A stretch of 64,000 nucleotides of DNA from a virus, in the IMG/VR virus record IMGVR_UViG_3300017917_002765, positions 72,576 to 136,575 of that record. One strand, given 5' to 3'. How positions within the stretch are numbered: the first letter of the stretch is position 1; every line of letters starts with the position of its first letter. This document shows, piece by piece, positions 63,722-64,000 of the stretch. The notes below the pieces were generated by a model. The model was not told the origin of the DNA. It searched no databases and worked only from the letters and a program-made list of their open reading frames with translations. A program made the translations under genes and the position numbers.

Positions 63722-64000
63722 TTAACCTCTTGTATTCTTCTGATTTATACTTCTTTCAATTTCTTTTGTTAATTTTTGGTTCAATTCACTAATAAATATA
63801 GGGTCTTTTAACAAATCAACAGCAAAACTTTGGTTTCCTGGTGTTGTGACAACAAGATTTCCATTTATATTCAACTCACCAAATTCATGTTTAACGATGT
63901 TTGGACCAGTGTTTTTATTCATCATATTATCAACAATACCTCCAGGTTTCATTGCAAGTATGTCATCTTTATTATCAATTGGTGTTATTCTACCACCTTG
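63722..64000 (-). CDS. C-terminal end of a long gene, probably tape-measure-like (truncated by the window edge)
   Basis: Frame is open to the edge: QGGRITPIDNKDDILAMKPGG...ELNINGNLVV. Directly upstream of the tube-initiator, LysM and hub genes. Confidence 0.55.
   Translation of the reverse strand, partial: QGGRITPIDNKDDILAMKPGGIVDNMMNKNTGPNIVKHEFGELNINGNLVVTTPGNQSFAVDLLKDPIFISELNQKLTKEIERSINQKNTRG

Noticed and set aside
1-64000. Stop-codon reassignment (code 15 or 4), as in Lak or some crAss-like phages
   Set aside because: Conserved genes are full-length in code 11 with dense packing, and TAG and TGA end genes at expected places (e.g. sbcC TAG at 12510, TGA at 9860).
1-64000. tRNA, rRNA, CRISPR array or group I intron
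   Set aside because: Intergenic gaps are short and AT-rich. I saw no cloverleaf, regular repeat-spacer pattern or interrupted nrd genes by eye; a covariance-model scan was not run.

Overview
This window is a segment of a large, very AT-rich, T4-like (contractile-tailed) jumbo phage genome in standard genetic code, with nearly all genes on the minus strand. The host is very probably Bacteroidota. At least eight TAnnTTTG (-7) / TTG (-33) promoters have 19-20 nt spacers, and the phage encodes a Bacteroidota-type primary sigma-70, an Hc1 histone-like protein and SprB-like repeats. From the right end, the minus strand carries: the 3' end of a tape-measure-like gene; tail-tube-initiator, hub and LysM baseplate genes; a replication block (gp32 SSB, UvsX/RecA, 5'-3' exonuclease, DnaB helicase with an Ala-start class 3 intein, NrdB/NrdA); a ~21 kb baseplate/tail block; a recombination block (RuvC-like resolvase, primase, PD-(D/E)xK nuclease, Mre11 and Rad50) interrupted by an inverted cassette of a dead terminase-like ATPase-RHH fusion plus an HNH endonuclease; the sigma factor; an amidase/spanin-like cluster; acidic putative inner-head proteins; and a lysis operon. 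The best candidate for an undescribed system is that last operon (3777->902): a NifL/Aer-type PAS histidine kinase, a stand-alone CheY-like receiver, a coiled-coil protein with two transmembrane helices, and a GH19 endolysin. The genes are tightly coupled behind a putative late promoter, suggesting lysis timing gated by phosphorelay. All calls come from reading motifs by eye; no database searches were run.
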